Assembly (NCBI GenBank): GCA_964016885.1
Contig: OZ024750.1
Coordinates: 12,896,001 to 12,960,000 of the forward strand
DNA from: Eledone cirrhosa
Lineage: Eukaryota
Length of the DNA: 64,000 nt
Direction of reading: 5' to 3'
Positions 1 to 64,000 of this stretch are shown here, in pieces (position 1 is the stretch's first letter; every line of letters starts with the position of its first letter). The notes beneath the pieces were generated by a model. It was not told where the DNA came from, did not search any database, and worked only from the letters and a program-made list of their open reading frames with translations. The position numbers and the translations under genes were made by a program.

Positions 1-64000
<64,000 letters not shown>

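Overview
AT-rich animal genomic DNA. The microsatellite, tRNA-SINE and RTE repeat landscape points to an octopod cephalopod (inference). The whole window lies inside one minus-strand gene that runs off both ends and encodes a giant titin/twitchin/projectin-like protein. I mapped 52 complete and 2 edge-truncated exons by hand. Each encodes exactly one intracellular-type fibronectin-III (FN3) domain; complete exons are 294-306 nt, all multiples of 3, all phase 1-1 with GT..AG boundaries, and no Ig or kinase exon is seen (~5,300 aa in the window). The domains follow a three-class A-B-C rhythm nested in a 9-domain super-repeat (43-64 kb) that switches to a 6-domain super-repeat (25-43 kb). Two unusually long introns near the 3' side each hide an in-phase, stop-containing non-FN3 exon (17604-18211, His/Tyr/Ser/Gln-rich; 11478-11635, Ser/Thr/Tyr-rich), which look like alternative C-termini. 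Introns contain ~22 copies or fragments of one tRNA-derived SINE (strongly sense-biased), RTE LINE relics, piggyBac-type MITEs, mariner, CRE-like and Penelope-like relics, hammerhead-ribozyme-like motifs, minisatellites and microsatellites. Exon coordinates were read by hand from splice dinucleotides; repeat boundaries are approximate.
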